Assembly: GCA_963803435.1 (NCBI GenBank)
Contig: CAWDML010000007.1
Coordinates: forward strand, 512,001 to 576,000
Length of the DNA: 64,000 nucleotides
Source: an uncultured delta proteobacterium
Lineage (GTDB): Bacteria > Myxococcota > Kuafuiibacteriia > Kuafuiibacteriales > Kuafuiibacteriaceae
Direction: 5' to 3'
A model generated the notes under the pieces. It did not search any database. It was not told the DNA's origin and saw only the letters and a program-made list of their open reading frames with translations. The translations under genes and the position numbers were made by a program. This document shows positions 10,553 through 20,433 of the stretch, one piece after another. Each line of letters begins with the position of its first letter. Position 1 is the first letter of the stretch.

Positions 10553-11584
10553 TCAGTCCACGGGGGTGGGGCTCGATCGGTGCGGATGGCGGTGGTGGAT
10601 GTCCGGCCTATGGGGATGCTCGTGCCGGATCGCCTCGTGTGCGTGAAGATGGTTGTGCCAGCGCCCGGTCGGAGCGGCTTCGTGCGGGTGATCGTGGTGT
10701 CCGTCGTCGTGCCGATGCCAGTGGGTGTGCTCGACCGACGGGTGGGAATGGACGTGTCCGTGAGGCTCCCGGCGCATCAGTGCGACCGCTGCGATCATCA
10801 ACGCCGCCGCCACCGCCTGACCGGCGGTGACGGGCTCGCCGAGCGCGATCCACGAGAGGGCGGCGCCGAACAGCGGCGCCGTCGCGAACAGGATCTGTGA
10901 GCGCGCAGCTCCGAGCTGCTGCGCGCCCGCGATGTAGAGCACCAGCGAAGCGCCGTAGCCGATCGCGCCGACGCCGATCGCCGGGAGCCAGAGCGCCCGG
11001 GGTCCCGCAGCGGATCCGAGCACGAACGAGAGCGCGAGGTTCGTGCTGCCCGCGATCAACCCTTTGGCGAGCGCAATCTGGGAAGCCGTGAAGCCATCGA
11101 TCCCGGCGGTGAGCTGGTTGTCGAGTCCCCAGCACAGGCACGCCCCCGCCACCAGCACTGCCGCGGTCAGACTGCCGGCCTCGAAGGGCGCCGCCAGCAC
11201 CACGCTCGCGGTGACGATCAGCGCGACCGCGACGACCAGGCGGCGGGTCGCGTGCTCACCGAAGAACAGGAGTCCGAGGACCAGGGTGGCGGGCGCCTCG
11301 AGGACGAGCCACAGCGAGACGTGCGCGGCGGGCGCGGCCCGGAGCCCGAACAGGAGCAGGACGGGAGCGATCGCGCCGCCGAACACGACGGAGCCGCCGA
11401 GCCTCGACAGGTTCGGACGCTCGAGCCGGGGGCGGCGGGATCGGAGCGCGCTGGGCAGGACGCCGGCGGCGGCGCCGAGATAGAGGAGCCCGGCGACCTG
11501 GAGCGGCGGCAGCGTTTGGAGGAGGACCTTGGCGGCGGGCGCGGCGGCCCCGAAGAGCAGCGCTGCCAGCAGACAGAGCGCCAT
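10553..11584 (-). CDS. DMT/EamA family transporter with His-rich C-terminal tail
   Basis: About ten TM helices, CWGLDNQLT motif, and tail HGHVHSH...HRPDIHHRHPH. Confidence 0.9.
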   Translation of the reverse strand: MALCLLAALLFGAAAPAAKVLLQTLPPLQVAGLLYLGAAAGVLPSALRSRRPRLERPNLSRLGGSVVFGGAIAPVLLLFGLRAAPAAHVSLWLVLEAPATLVLGLLFFGEHATRRLVVAVALIVTASVVLAAPFEAGSLTAAVLVAGACLCWGLDNQLTAGIDGFTASQIALAKGLIAGSTNLALSFVLGSAAGPRALWLPAIGVGAIGYGASLVLYIAGAQQLGAARSQILFATAPLFGAALSWIALGEPVTAGQAVAAALMIAAVALMRREPHGHVHSHPSVEHTHWHRHDDGHHDHPHEAAPTGRWHNHLHAHEAIRHEHPHRPDIHHRHPHRSSPTPVD

Positions 11585-11593
11585 GGTCCGAAT

Positions 11594-12607
11594 CTACGGC
11601 AGATTGACCACGATCGAAACCGAGGCGCTGGTCTCGCCCGCGGGTGCGATGGTGACCTTCGCGTTGGGGAGAGACACGCCGTCGCCCGAGTCAGGCGAGA
11701 GCGTCTGCTCGAGGTTCTGATTCCGGTCGACCACGCCCAGTATGGAGTAATCGCCCGCGTGCACCTGCTCGAGGAAGATCTCTGCGCTGGTCGCTCCGGC
11801 CGCGGCGGTGGTGCGGATGTGCCTGCTGATGTTGCATCCGGAGAGCGAGCACTCGCTCACGCTGAGGACCACCCAGATGTCCGCCTCGCTCGCGAGCGGC
11901 TGCGACCAGGTCACCCGGGTGCGCAGGTTCGGCATCGGGGGGAAGGGCCCGTCGCCCGTCCCCTGCGTGACCAGGCCGTCGGTGAAGCCGGCCGGGAGCG
12001 CCCGCGTCTCGACCCGCCGCGCGTCCCAGTAGACGTGCGGCTGTCCCATCACCATCACGTCGAACACCACGCGATCGTCTCCTTCGAAGTCGTAGACGGC
12101 ATCGATGTAGTCGCACCCGCAATCGACGTGACAGAAGCGCCAGGTCTCCGCCGACGCGTCGTGCTCGACCAGTACCGTCCGATCGTCGCGCTGCAGGCCG
12201 AGGAAGTAGCCGCCGTTGCGATAGGTGAGGACGTCCTTTCCGCCGTGCGTCTCCACCGAGAAGCCGAAGCGAAGGGCGTTCTGTTCGTCGACGTCGACGC
12301 GGCCGAACATGAATTGATCCGTCGCGGCGCGAAGGTCCACATTCACCATCGTGAAGTCGCCGAGCGGCGTTCGCGTCGCCGGGCCGGACCACAGGCCCGC
12401 GAGCCGATCGAGGAGCTCCAGACCCTCCGGTGATCCGCTCACCATGCCGGCATCGTCGCCCATCGAGCCGTCAATCTGGCCTGCATCTTGGTCGGCCTGA
12501 CCCGCGTCGGTGTGCGGCGAGGGGTTGCTCGGGGGGCGAGCGCGGGTCGGCGAGCAGGAGAGACCGAGGCTGAGGGTGAGGGTGAGGAGGGGCAGTGGGA
12601 GACGCAT
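11594..12607 (-). CDS. Hypothetical lipoprotein
   Basis: Lipobox LGLSC, DAG-rich linker, then a globular beta-rich region. Confidence 0.75.
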   Translation of the reverse strand: MRLPLPLLTLTLSLGLSCSPTRARPPSNPSPHTDAGQADQDAGQIDGSMGDDAGMVSGSPEGLELLDRLAGLWSGPATRTPLGDFTMVNVDLRAATDQFMFGRVDVDEQNALRFGFSVETHGGKDVLTYRNGGYFLGLQRDDRTVLVEHDASAETWRFCHVDCGCDYIDAVYDFEGDDRVVFDVMVMGQPHVYWDARRVETRALPAGFTDGLVTQGTGDGPFPPMPNLRTRVTWSQPLASEADIWVVLSVSECSLSGCNISRHIRTTAAAGATSAEIFLEQVHAGDYSILGVVDRNQNLEQTLSPDSGDGVSLPNAKVTIAPAGETSASVSIVVNLP

Positions 12608-12700
12608 CGACGCCGGGATACAACGCGGGTCCGCTCCCTGGCGATGGGCGGCCTGAGCTTGAGCGTCGTCACCCGGACGCCGCCGGGGTATGCTGCGCGG

Positions 12701-13477
12701 GTGCGGGCGCCGGCGGCACTCTCCCTGGCCATCGCCTCGATCGCGGGTCTCTCGGGTTGCCCGAACGAGTGCGAGTCGGTGGCGCCGAGCTTCGAGCTCG
12801 ACATCCGATCGATGCCAGGCGCGGGCTCCATCGAGGTGGTCGTGGAGGTCGGCGGGGTCGAGCGCGTCCGGACGTTCAACCTGGGCGACGCGCTCGACGA
12901 CGGCGAGACCTCACTGGTGGTGGTGCTGGAGCCTCCGCCGGCGGAGGACTTCGATCTGAACGCAACTGTAACCGCGTTCTCAGGCACCGACCTCAATGGG
13001 GGCGTGATCGCGGTCGCCCGGGACACCTTCTCGGGCACGCCGGACGGTTGCAACCTTTTCAAGCTCGACCTGAGACCGCCGGGCCCCGACGCCGGCATGC
13101 CCGACGCAGGCCCCCAGGATCAGTGCCGGCCCGGCTGCGGGAACGATACGACCTGCCACCTGTCCTGCGACCTCACCTGCTTCATGTGCAACCTGGATTG
13201 CGCGGGCGGGACCGAGAGCTGCGATCCGGTCTGCGACAACGGGCACACCTGCGCGATCGACTGCGCCGGAACCGACGATTGCGACGTTCGCTGCAGCACC
13301 GGCAGCAACTGCGAAATCTCGTGCACCGACTCCGCGGTTTGCAAGGCTCGTTGCAACGGAGGGGCGAGCTGCAAGCTCGACTGCCAGAGCGCCGCGGATT
13401 GTCACTTCACGCTCTGCGCCGGTGGCGACGCGACCTGCGCCGACGGGTCGATCGTGTGCAACCGCGCCTGCCAGTAG
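12701..13477 (+). CDS. Lipoprotein with Cys-rich C-terminal repeat region
   Basis: GTG start 6 nt after TATGCT; lipobox LSGC; PDAG linker; regularly spaced Cys (C-x3-C-x5-C). Confidence 0.75.
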   Translation: MRAPAALSLAIASIAGLSGCPNECESVAPSFELDIRSMPGAGSIEVVVEVGGVERVRTFNLGDALDDGETSLVVVLEPPPAEDFDLNATVTAFSGTDLNGGVIAVARDTFSGTPDGCNLFKLDLRPPGPDAGMPDAGPQDQCRPGCGNDTTCHLSCDLTCFMCNLDCAGGTESCDPVCDNGHTCAIDCAGTDDCDVRCSTGSNCEISCTDSAVCKARCNGGASCKLDCQSAADCHFTLCAGGDATCADGSIVCNRACQ

Positions 13478-13539
13478 TCTTGGGGGCGTTTCGCGCGGTG
13501 GCTTGATCATCGATCCGGATCGGGTACAGCATCGCGCCG

Positions 13540-14127
13540 ATGTTCCGCGTGTTCTGCTTCACCGCCGCTCTTTCGATCGCGCTCTGTGCGTGTCCGTCCG
13601 AGCCCAAGCCGACCGCCCCGACGGTGCAGACTCCGGCGCCGGTGACGTTGAAGAAGGGCGCGCCGCTGAGCCTGAAGCCGATGCCCAGCAAGATCGTGCC
13701 GGTGACCACGCGGCCCACGGTCGATCCCAACAAGCCCCACAGCGCGCCCGATTTCGTCACCCGCGGCTCGGGCGTCTTCGACGAGAACGGCAAGCGGTGG
13801 TTCTACGGCGTGGGAAAGGCCAACGGCATCGACAACGCCATGCGTGCCCACCTGATCTCGGACCGGGCCGCCGACGCCGAGCTCGTCAACCAGCTCCGTG
13901 CCTACAACCAGAAGGCGCTCGACATCGTCGGCATCCAGCTCCGCACCAAGGCGGACAACCTGGCGATCGCGGAGGCGGAGAAGGCGGAGATCGTCGATCA
14001 CTGGATCGATCACGAGAACGACGCCTGGCTCTCGGCCCACCGGCTCGACTCCGCCGCCTACGCCGAGAAGCTGGCGCAGACGCTCGCCCTCTCCCCGGAG
14101 GTGCAGGCCAAGATCGGCCTTCCCTGA
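13540..14127 (+). CDS. Lipoprotein, LPP20-like
   Basis: Lipobox ALCAC, Pro-rich linker and FYGVGKA...ISDRAADAEL pattern. Confidence 0.65.
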   Translation: MFRVFCFTAALSIALCACPSEPKPTAPTVQTPAPVTLKKGAPLSLKPMPSKIVPVTTRPTVDPNKPHSAPDFVTRGSGVFDENGKRWFYGVGKANGIDNAMRAHLISDRAADAELVNQLRAYNQKALDIVGIQLRTKADNLAIAEAEKAEIVDHWIDHENDAWLSAHRLDSAAYAEKLAQTLALSPEVQAKIGLP

Positions 14128-14158
14128 TCTCGGGGCCGCTCGGGCATCGCCCTCGCGC

Positions 14159-15874
14159 TCATGGTGCGGCTGCGACCTGGCCGGCCTCGTCGATGACGCA
14201 GCGCCGGCGCACCAGACCGAGGTGATAGACCTCGAGCATCCCTCGGACGACGCGCGGGCTGGCGTGGGGACGAACCTTGGCGACGTCGCGCGCGATGCCC
14301 TCGAAGACGGCGCGGCACTCCCGGCGGTCCGCCCGATCGGGGCGGGCGAGGCGGGAGACGTCGGTGAGGAAGCGGGTCACGTCCTCGCTGGTAGAGAAGC
14401 GGCCGGGCTCGTCGGGGAGGCAGCCCATGTCGGAGAGTGGGCCGTAGAGCAGCGCGGCGCCGTCGAGGTGCTCCTCCCGATTCTCGCGAAGCTCGTGGGC
14501 GATGCGGCGCTCGTCCTCCACCCAGCGCGCGGCCAGCGGACGGTACGCCTCGACGAGGTGGGCGCAGAACGGGGTCTGGGTGGAGATGGCGACAAGATCG
14601 CGGTCGGCGAGGGCCTGGGCGACCGAGCGGAGCTTGACCGGCGAGCGGCCGCGGCGGCGTTCGAGGTGGACGTCGGTCTGCTGGGCGAGGCGGGTGATCT
14701 CGCGAGCGCGGGACTCGATCGCCTCGAGCACGATCGGGTCAGCGGCGGTCGAACGAAGCGCGACCAGCCGCCGCGCGAGCGCATCGCTGGAGCCGAGCGA
14801 CACCGCATGCGTCTCGGCCCAGGCGAGCTCGAGCCCCTGTCGAAGCGTGAACGTGGGTCGGTCCTGATAGACGGCGCCGTCGACGCCGTGGGCTTCGGCT
14901 TTCTCGATCAAACGATCGAGCTCCGCGAGCTGCGAGGGTGGTCCGAAGCAGAGCCGCAGCGAAGCGAGCAGGCCGTGGGTGTCGAACAGGAAGTGGAGCG
15001 GACCGACGAAGACGCGGGCGCGGCTGAGATCGACGTCGGGCACCCGGTCGAAGCCGTGGCGGCGGGCGCGACGGGCGATCGCGTCCTCGAAGGAATCGCG
15101 CTCCGGGACGCGCACGTGCCAGCGCACGCGCTCGAGGTGCGAGAGCATCTCCTCGAAGCGCTGGCAGTGGCGCCCTTCGTCCTCGAGGACCATCAGTCGG
15201 AGCGCCAGCGCGGCCAGGCTGTCCTCGGTGTGGACGAAGCCGCGGGGTCGGGTGCGCTCGTCGGGACACGCAGCCAGGATCCCGACGTGAGGATCGGGCG
15301 TGACCTCGGCCCGGGCCACGCGCGCCTTGGCGAGGACGAACGTGGGGTCGTGCGAGACGGCCTCGCGGAAGCGCTGGACGGCCGCGGCGTGCTGGCCGTC
15401 CTCGAGCGCCTCCAGGCCGGCGCTCCAGGCCACGAAGGCGTCCCAGCTCTCGGTCGGCGAGGAGAAGAGGATGTCGCTGAGCACCCCGAGGTCGGTCGGC
15501 ACGCCGATCTCCTCGATCACCTCCTCCACGATCGCCTTCTCGACCGCGACGAAGTCAGCGCTGGGCGCCCGCCGATCCAGCACGGCGACCTCCTGGCCCT
15601 CCTCGTCGGTCAGCACCAGGTCGGCGCGAAGCTCGCCCTTCGTCTCGATGGAACCGGTGAGCAGGTACGCGCCGTGCGTCCGGCGCGCGATGGCGACGCG
15701 GCCCTCGACGGTGTTGCGCTCGAGCGCTCCGGCGCTCTCCACCGGGCTCACCGCGAGACCAGGCACGCGGGCGAGGTCGTTCCGCAGCAGCTCTGCGAAG
15801 CCGCGGCCGATCCCGGCGTCGCCTCCCGAGGAGAACGAAACCACGGTCACCGCGATGGCGAGGCCGCCGACCAC
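14159..15874 (-). CDS. Hypothetical protein with a TolB-N/FlgO-like N-terminal domain and a TPR-like segment
   Basis: VAVxxF...GFAELLRNDLARVPGL...YLLTGSI, and AVQRFREAVSHDPTFVLA (TPR-like). Confidence 0.6.
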   Translation of the reverse strand: MVGGLAIAVTVVSFSSGGDAGIGRGFAELLRNDLARVPGLAVSPVESAGALERNTVEGRVAIARRTHGAYLLTGSIETKGELRADLVLTDEEGQEVAVLDRRAPSADFVAVEKAIVEEVIEEIGVPTDLGVLSDILFSSPTESWDAFVAWSAGLEALEDGQHAAAVQRFREAVSHDPTFVLAKARVARAEVTPDPHVGILAACPDERTRPRGFVHTEDSLAALALRLMVLEDEGRHCQRFEEMLSHLERVRWHVRVPERDSFEDAIARRARRHGFDRVPDVDLSRARVFVGPLHFLFDTHGLLASLRLCFGPPSQLAELDRLIEKAEAHGVDGAVYQDRPTFTLRQGLELAWAETHAVSLGSSDALARRLVALRSTAADPIVLEAIESRAREITRLAQQTDVHLERRRGRSPVKLRSVAQALADRDLVAISTQTPFCAHLVEAYRPLAARWVEDERRIAHELRENREEHLDGAALLYGPLSDMGCLPDEPGRFSTSEDVTRFLTDVSRLARPDRADRRECRAVFEGIARDVAKVRPHASPRVVRGMLEVYHLGLVRRRCVIDEAGQVAAAP

Positions 15875-15976
15875 CGTCTGGGCCTAAACATGCGGCTCGC
15901 TCTTGTCCATTCAAACGAACGTACTTCGATGCGATCTGCCTCACCCGACGCGGAACTCTCCAGTCTCGATCGTTGG

Positions 15977-16828
15977 TCAGGGGGTTGCTGCGAGCACGTC
16001 GAGCTGTCGCTGGATGGCCTCACGCACGTGTCGATCGAGGGCCTCCGGCGTACCGAACTCGGACGGCGCGATCGCGTCTCCGATCCGATAGCGAAGCTTC
16101 GCCGGCACCGGGATGTGCGGCCAGGGACCGATCGCGAGCCCCCACGGCAGCGACACGTGCACCGGGAAAATGCTCGAGCGGACCAGGTGCGGCAGGTGCA
16201 GGCGCTCGGCGAGCCGACGTCCGTCGGAGAGGACGAAGAGCGTGTCGTGCGCCCCCGCGTTGGCCACCGGGACGATGGGCACATTCGTCTCCATGGCGAG
16301 CCGCGCATAGCCCTTTCGGCCGCCGAAGCGGACCTTGTAGCGATCGCGGTGCGGGCGCCAGGTGTCGAGATCACCGCCAGGCATCACCAGCAGATCGCGC
16401 TTCCATTCGGAGAGCACGCGCAGCGCGGTCTCGCGGTTGGCGTCGACCACTCCGCGCGCACCGAAGTAGCGGCGCGTCGCGCCGGTGGAGAGGATGATCT
16501 CGTGCGCCATCGGGTGGACCGGGCGCACCACGCCGAAGTGTCGATACCAGGCGACGATCAGACCCCAGACGTCCGGGATGGTGGTGCCGCCGGAGTGGTT
16601 CGAGACCAAGAGCACCGGAGGATCGGGCATCCGGCCGAGGCCCTCGATCTCCAGCGGGAAGTACGACTTCTCCCCGAACAGCCGGCCGACGCGGGAGAGC
16701 GTCTGCTCCACCGCTTTGGGGTCGAAGTCCTCGGCGCGGCGGCCGAACGTCCCCGTGCCATTTGGAAACAACCAACGAAGAAGCCGCGATTTCCCAGGCT
16801 TCGCTGTGCCGGCCTTGACGACGCCCAT
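15977..16828 (-). CDS. Lysophospholipid acyltransferase family protein (PlsC/DGAT-like)
   Basis: LLVSNHSGG...D, VMPGG and GYARLA...VPIVPV motifs. Confidence 0.88.
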   Translation of the reverse strand: MGVVKAGTAKPGKSRLLRWLFPNGTGTFGRRAEDFDPKAVEQTLSRVGRLFGEKSYFPLEIEGLGRMPDPPVLLVSNHSGGTTIPDVWGLIVAWYRHFGVVRPVHPMAHEIILSTGATRRYFGARGVVDANRETALRVLSEWKRDLLVMPGGDLDTWRPHRDRYKVRFGGRKGYARLAMETNVPIVPVANAGAHDTLFVLSDGRRLAERLHLPHLVRSSIFPVHVSLPWGLAIGPWPHIPVPAKLRYRIGDAIAPSEFGTPEALDRHVREAIQRQLDVLAATP

Positions 16829-16852
16829 CCCGCCTCGTGGATCATACGCTCG

Positions 16853-17701
16853 TTGAGCGACCTGAGCGATCGATTGGCCACTGCGGTGGTGCGAATGCGA
16901 GGTCACCGCAGCCGGTGGGTGGACACCGAGGTCGGTCGCGTTCACCTTCTCGACATCCGCGGTCGCGGCACACTGCCGCCGGTCGTGATCCTTCACGGGT
17001 TCAGCGCGGCGGGCGCCCACTATGCCCCGCTCATCTTCCGGCTGGCTCGCCACGTGGAGCGGGTCATCGCGCCAGATTTGCCGGCGCACGGGCTCTCCGA
17101 GGTGCCGTCGAACCTGGGTGCAGGCTCGATCCGGGACGGGCTGTTCGCCGCGCTCGACGCCGTGCTCGATCGCCCCGCAGTGGTGGTCGGCAACTCGATG
17201 GGTGGCCTGGCCGCGGTCCACTACGCCCACTCTCGTCCCGAGCGGGTCGCCGGTCTGGTGCTGATCTCGCCCGCGGGCGCACACTCGAGCTCCGACGAGG
17301 TGGAGCAGCTCCGCAGCGTCTTTCGAGTGCCCTCTCACCGGGCAGCGCTCGAGTTCGTCGACAGACTCTTTCCGAGACGCAGCCGGCTGCGGCACCTCTA
17401 CGCGCTCGGCGTCCGCAGCAAGTTCCGCCGGCCGGCGATGCAGCGGCTCCTCTCCGCGATGGAGCATGAGATCGTCCCCCCCGAGATCCTCGCGGGGCTG
17501 GCGGTGCCGACGCTGGTCATCTGGGGCGGCGCCGAGCGCATCCTGCCGCGCACGCACCTCGAGTTCTACCGGCGCCACCTCCCGATCCATGCGCGGTTCG
17601 AGGAGCCGAAGGACTTCGGCCACACGCCGTTTCTGGATCGAGCCGACGAGGTCGCCGCGCGCATCCGCCACTTCATGCGCCGCGATCTACGGCGGGGATG
17701 A
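16853..17701 (+). CDS. Alpha/beta hydrolase (lipase/esterase-like)
   Basis: LHGF oxyanion motif, DLPAHGLS, nucleophile elbow GNSMGG, C-terminal GHTP. Start is uncertain (TTG 16853 or ATG 16895). Confidence 0.88.
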   Translation: MSDLSDRLATAVVRMRGHRSRWVDTEVGRVHLLDIRGRGTLPPVVILHGFSAAGAHYAPLIFRLARHVERVIAPDLPAHGLSEVPSNLGAGSIRDGLFAALDAVLDRPAVVVGNSMGGLAAVHYAHSRPERVAGLVLISPAGAHSSSDEVEQLRSVFRVPSHRAALEFVDRLFPRRSRLRHLYALGVRSKFRRPAMQRLLSAMEHEIVPPEILAGLAVPTLVIWGGAERILPRTHLEFYRRHLPIHARFEEPKDFGHTPFLDRADEVAARIRHFMRRDLRRG

Positions 17702-17795
17702 TCGCCCGCGCCTGAGTTCGGTGCAGACAGCCGGAGCAGCGGCGATCCCTCATGGGCTGGCGCCGCCCGGCCCGTTCGGGCATGCCTGCCGTGCC

Positions 17796-18806
17796 ATGCC
17801 CGCTGCGCTCCAGGTCCGTTCGCTCACCAAGAGCTTCTCGAGGCGGACCCGGGGACCTGGCCTCGGCGGTCTCCTCCGCGCCTATCTCTCGGGCTCGACC
17901 GAGACGATCGACGCCGTGAAGAACCTCGACCTCGAGATCGAGGCGGGTGAGTCGCTGGCGCTGATCGGCCCGAACGGCGCCGGCAAGAGCACCACCATCA
18001 AGATGCTGACCGGCATCCTCTTCCCCACCGGCGGTGAGGCGCGCGTCCTCGGGCTCGTCCCCTGGGAGGAGCGGACCCGCCTCGCGATGAACATCGCCAC
18101 CGTCTTCGGACAGCGCTCGCAGCTGTGGTACGACCTGCCGCCCGGCGAGAGCTTCGATCTGCTGGCGCGCATCTACGAGCTGCCGCGGAGCGAGTACCTG
18201 TCGCGTCGGGCCGCGCTGGTTGAGCGCTTCGAGCTCACGCCTCTTCTCTCGACCGCGGTGCGAAAGCTCAGCCTGGGCCAGCGGATGCGCTGCGAGATCG
18301 CCTCGTCGCTGCTCCATCGACCGCGCGTGCTCTTCCTCGACGAGCCGACGATCGGCCTCGACGTGCTCGCCAAGCAGGAGATCCGCGCGCTGATCCGCGA
18401 GCTCAACATCGACGAGGGCGTGACCGTCCTCCTCACCTCGCACGACGCCGGTGACATCGAGGACCTCTGCAAGCGGGTGGTGGTGATCAACCACGGGACC
18501 GCCGTGTTCAACGATCGGGTCAGCACGCTCAGGCGTCGCTATCTCCGGAAGAAAGTGATCGACCTGAAGCTGTCTGCGCCCGCGCCCGAGCTCCCGGTGC
18601 TCGAGGGCGTCACGACCGTGGTCGCCGGGACGTACGGCATCAAGCTCGAGGTCGACACCGATCGCCAGCCGATCGAGCGCGTGCTCACGACGCTGGTCAC
18701 CTCCCTCTCGATCGCCGACATCACGATCGAGGATCCTCCGCTCGAGGAGATCATCGGCGCGATCTACCGCGACCGATCACCGTCGAGCCGCGAGGAGTTG
18801 CGATGA
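17796..18806 (+). CDS. ABC transporter ATP-binding protein
   Basis: GPNGAGKST, VFGQRSQLW, LSLGQRMRCE and FLDEPTIGLD. Confidence 0.95.
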   Translation: MPAALQVRSLTKSFSRRTRGPGLGGLLRAYLSGSTETIDAVKNLDLEIEAGESLALIGPNGAGKSTTIKMLTGILFPTGGEARVLGLVPWEERTRLAMNIATVFGQRSQLWYDLPPGESFDLLARIYELPRSEYLSRRAALVERFELTPLLSTAVRKLSLGQRMRCEIASSLLHRPRVLFLDEPTIGLDVLAKQEIRALIRELNIDEGVTVLLTSHDAGDIEDLCKRVVVINHGTAVFNDRVSTLRRRYLRKKVIDLKLSAPAPELPVLEGVTTVVAGTYGIKLEVDTDRQPIERVLTTLVTSLSIADITIEDPPLEEIIGAIYRDRSPSSREELR

Positions 18807-19636
18807 CCGAGCTCGCTCTCCGGACCACCGGCGGGCTGGGCGCCTCCGCGGTCAAGCTCTTCGCGGTCATCGGGATCAGCATCAATCGCCGGCTGGCCAA
18901 CCTCGGCGAGGTCCTGGTCCGCTCCACCTTCCTCGTCATGGTGCTGTTCGTGTTCGCGCAGCTCTGGCGGACCGTCGGCGAGCGCGTCGAGGCCCACCCG
19001 GGCGGCTACGACATCGCCCACTTGGTCTGGTACCTCGCGTTCGCGGACGCCATCGTCTTTACGACCGGAGGGACCTGGGATCTCGATCTGGATCGCGAGG
19101 TGCGCACGGGTGACATCGCGTATCGACTGGCCCGCCCGCTCTCCTATCCGGTCTATCACTTCGCGCGCGCCTTCGGTGATCGGCTGGTCCGCTTCGGCGT
19201 GTGCCTGACGGTCGGTGCGATCGTCTCGCTCGTGCTGGTGGGTCCGATCCGGTTGACGGCGGCGACGGTGGGGGCGGGCCTGCTCACCTCGCTCGTGAGC
19301 CTGGCGGTCGACGAGATGATCACGCTCTCGGTTTCGTTCGGCGCCTTCTGGATCGAGAACACCTCGGGGCTCCACCTCCTGTACCGCCGCGCCGCGCTGC
19401 TCCTCGGCGGCGCCTTCATCCCGCTGGAAGCGTATCCGGAGTGGCTCGGCCGCGTGTGCCGGCTCCTCCCCCTGCGGCACCTGGTCGCGGGCCCGGCGCG
19501 GCTCTACCTCGGCGAGGGCCCCGGTACGCTCCTCACCGTGCTCTCGGCACAGCTGGTCCTCGCCGCGGCCGCGCTCGCGCTGCTCGTCGCCGTCTATCGG
19601 CTCGGCATCCGCCGCGTCGCGGCCCAAGGAGGATGA
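18803..19636 (+). CDS. ABC-2 family permease (DUF990-like)
   Basis: ATGA overlap with the ATPase; EVRTGDIAYRLARP motif; six TM helices. Confidence 0.9.
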   Translation: MTELALRTTGGLGASAVKLFAVIGISINRRLANLGEVLVRSTFLVMVLFVFAQLWRTVGERVEAHPGGYDIAHLVWYLAFADAIVFTTGGTWDLDLDREVRTGDIAYRLARPLSYPVYHFARAFGDRLVRFGVCLTVGAIVSLVLVGPIRLTAATVGAGLLTSLVSLAVDEMITLSVSFGAFWIENTSGLHLLYRRAALLLGGAFIPLEAYPEWLGRVCRLLPLRHLVAGPARLYLGEGPGTLLTVLSAQLVLAAAALALLVAVYRLGIRRVAAQGG

Positions 19637-20424
19637 TCGTGCGGGCATCGCTCCGACTGATCGCCGCCTACTTCCACGCCAACCTGCAGGCGGCGCTCGA
19701 GTACCGCACGTCGTTCTTCGGCGAGGTCTTCGCGATGCTGGTGAACGACGTCATGTGGCTCGTGTTCTGGGTGGCGTTCTTCGAGCGGTTCCCTGCGGTC
19801 GCCGGCTGGGGTCGTCCGGAGATCGTGACGCTCTGGGCGGTGGTGGCAGCCGCCGTCGGCGTGGCCACCACGGTCTTCGGCAACATGATGCGCCTCGCCG
19901 GGATGATCGATCGCGGCGAGCTCGACTTCTTCCTCACGCTGCCTCGGCCGGTCCTGCTGCACGTCCTGATCGGCCGGATGAGCCTGAGCGCCTGGGGCGA
20001 CGTCATCTTCGGCGCCGCGGCCTTCGGCTTGCTCGCCCACCCGAGCGCCGTCGACTGGGCGCTGTTCGCGCTCCTGACGGTCTCGAGCGCCGGCATCCTG
20101 GTGGGCTTCGGAGTGATCACCAGCAGCGTCGCGTTCTGGCTCCACAACGCCGAGGGCGCTGCCCAGCAGGGGATCAACATCCTGATCGGCTTGTCGACCT
20201 ACCCGACGGTGATCTTCCGGGGCACGGCCAAGCTCGTCCTCTTCACCGCCGTCCCCGCAGGCTTCATCGCCTACGTACCGGCGGAGATCCTCCGCGCTCA
20301 CCGCTGGAGCTGGCTCGCAGGCCACCTTGCCGTCTCGGTGTTCTTTGTCGCCCTCGGGGCGCTGATCTTCTCGCGCGGCCTGCGCCGTCACGAATCCGGC
20401 AACCTGTTCGTCGCGCGGATCTGA
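19633..20424 (+). CDS. ABC-2 family permease (DUF990-like)
   Basis: ATGA overlap; LEYRTSF and GELDFFLTLPRP motifs; six TM helices. Confidence 0.9.
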   Translation: MIVRASLRLIAAYFHANLQAALEYRTSFFGEVFAMLVNDVMWLVFWVAFFERFPAVAGWGRPEIVTLWAVVAAAVGVATTVFGNMMRLAGMIDRGELDFFLTLPRPVLLHVLIGRMSLSAWGDVIFGAAAFGLLAHPSAVDWALFALLTVSSAGILVGFGVITSSVAFWLHNAEGAAQQGINILIGLSTYPTVIFRGTAKLVLFTAVPAGFIAYVPAEILRAHRWSWLAGHLAVSVFFVALGALIFSRGLRRHESGNLFVARI

Positions 20425-20433
20425 TCCGCGCGG

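Noticed and set aside
13898-16852. N-terminal approximately 985 aa of the 1267-aa ORF 13898..17701
   Set aside because: Antisense shadow of real minus-strand genes; only the C-terminal hydrolase part is credible.
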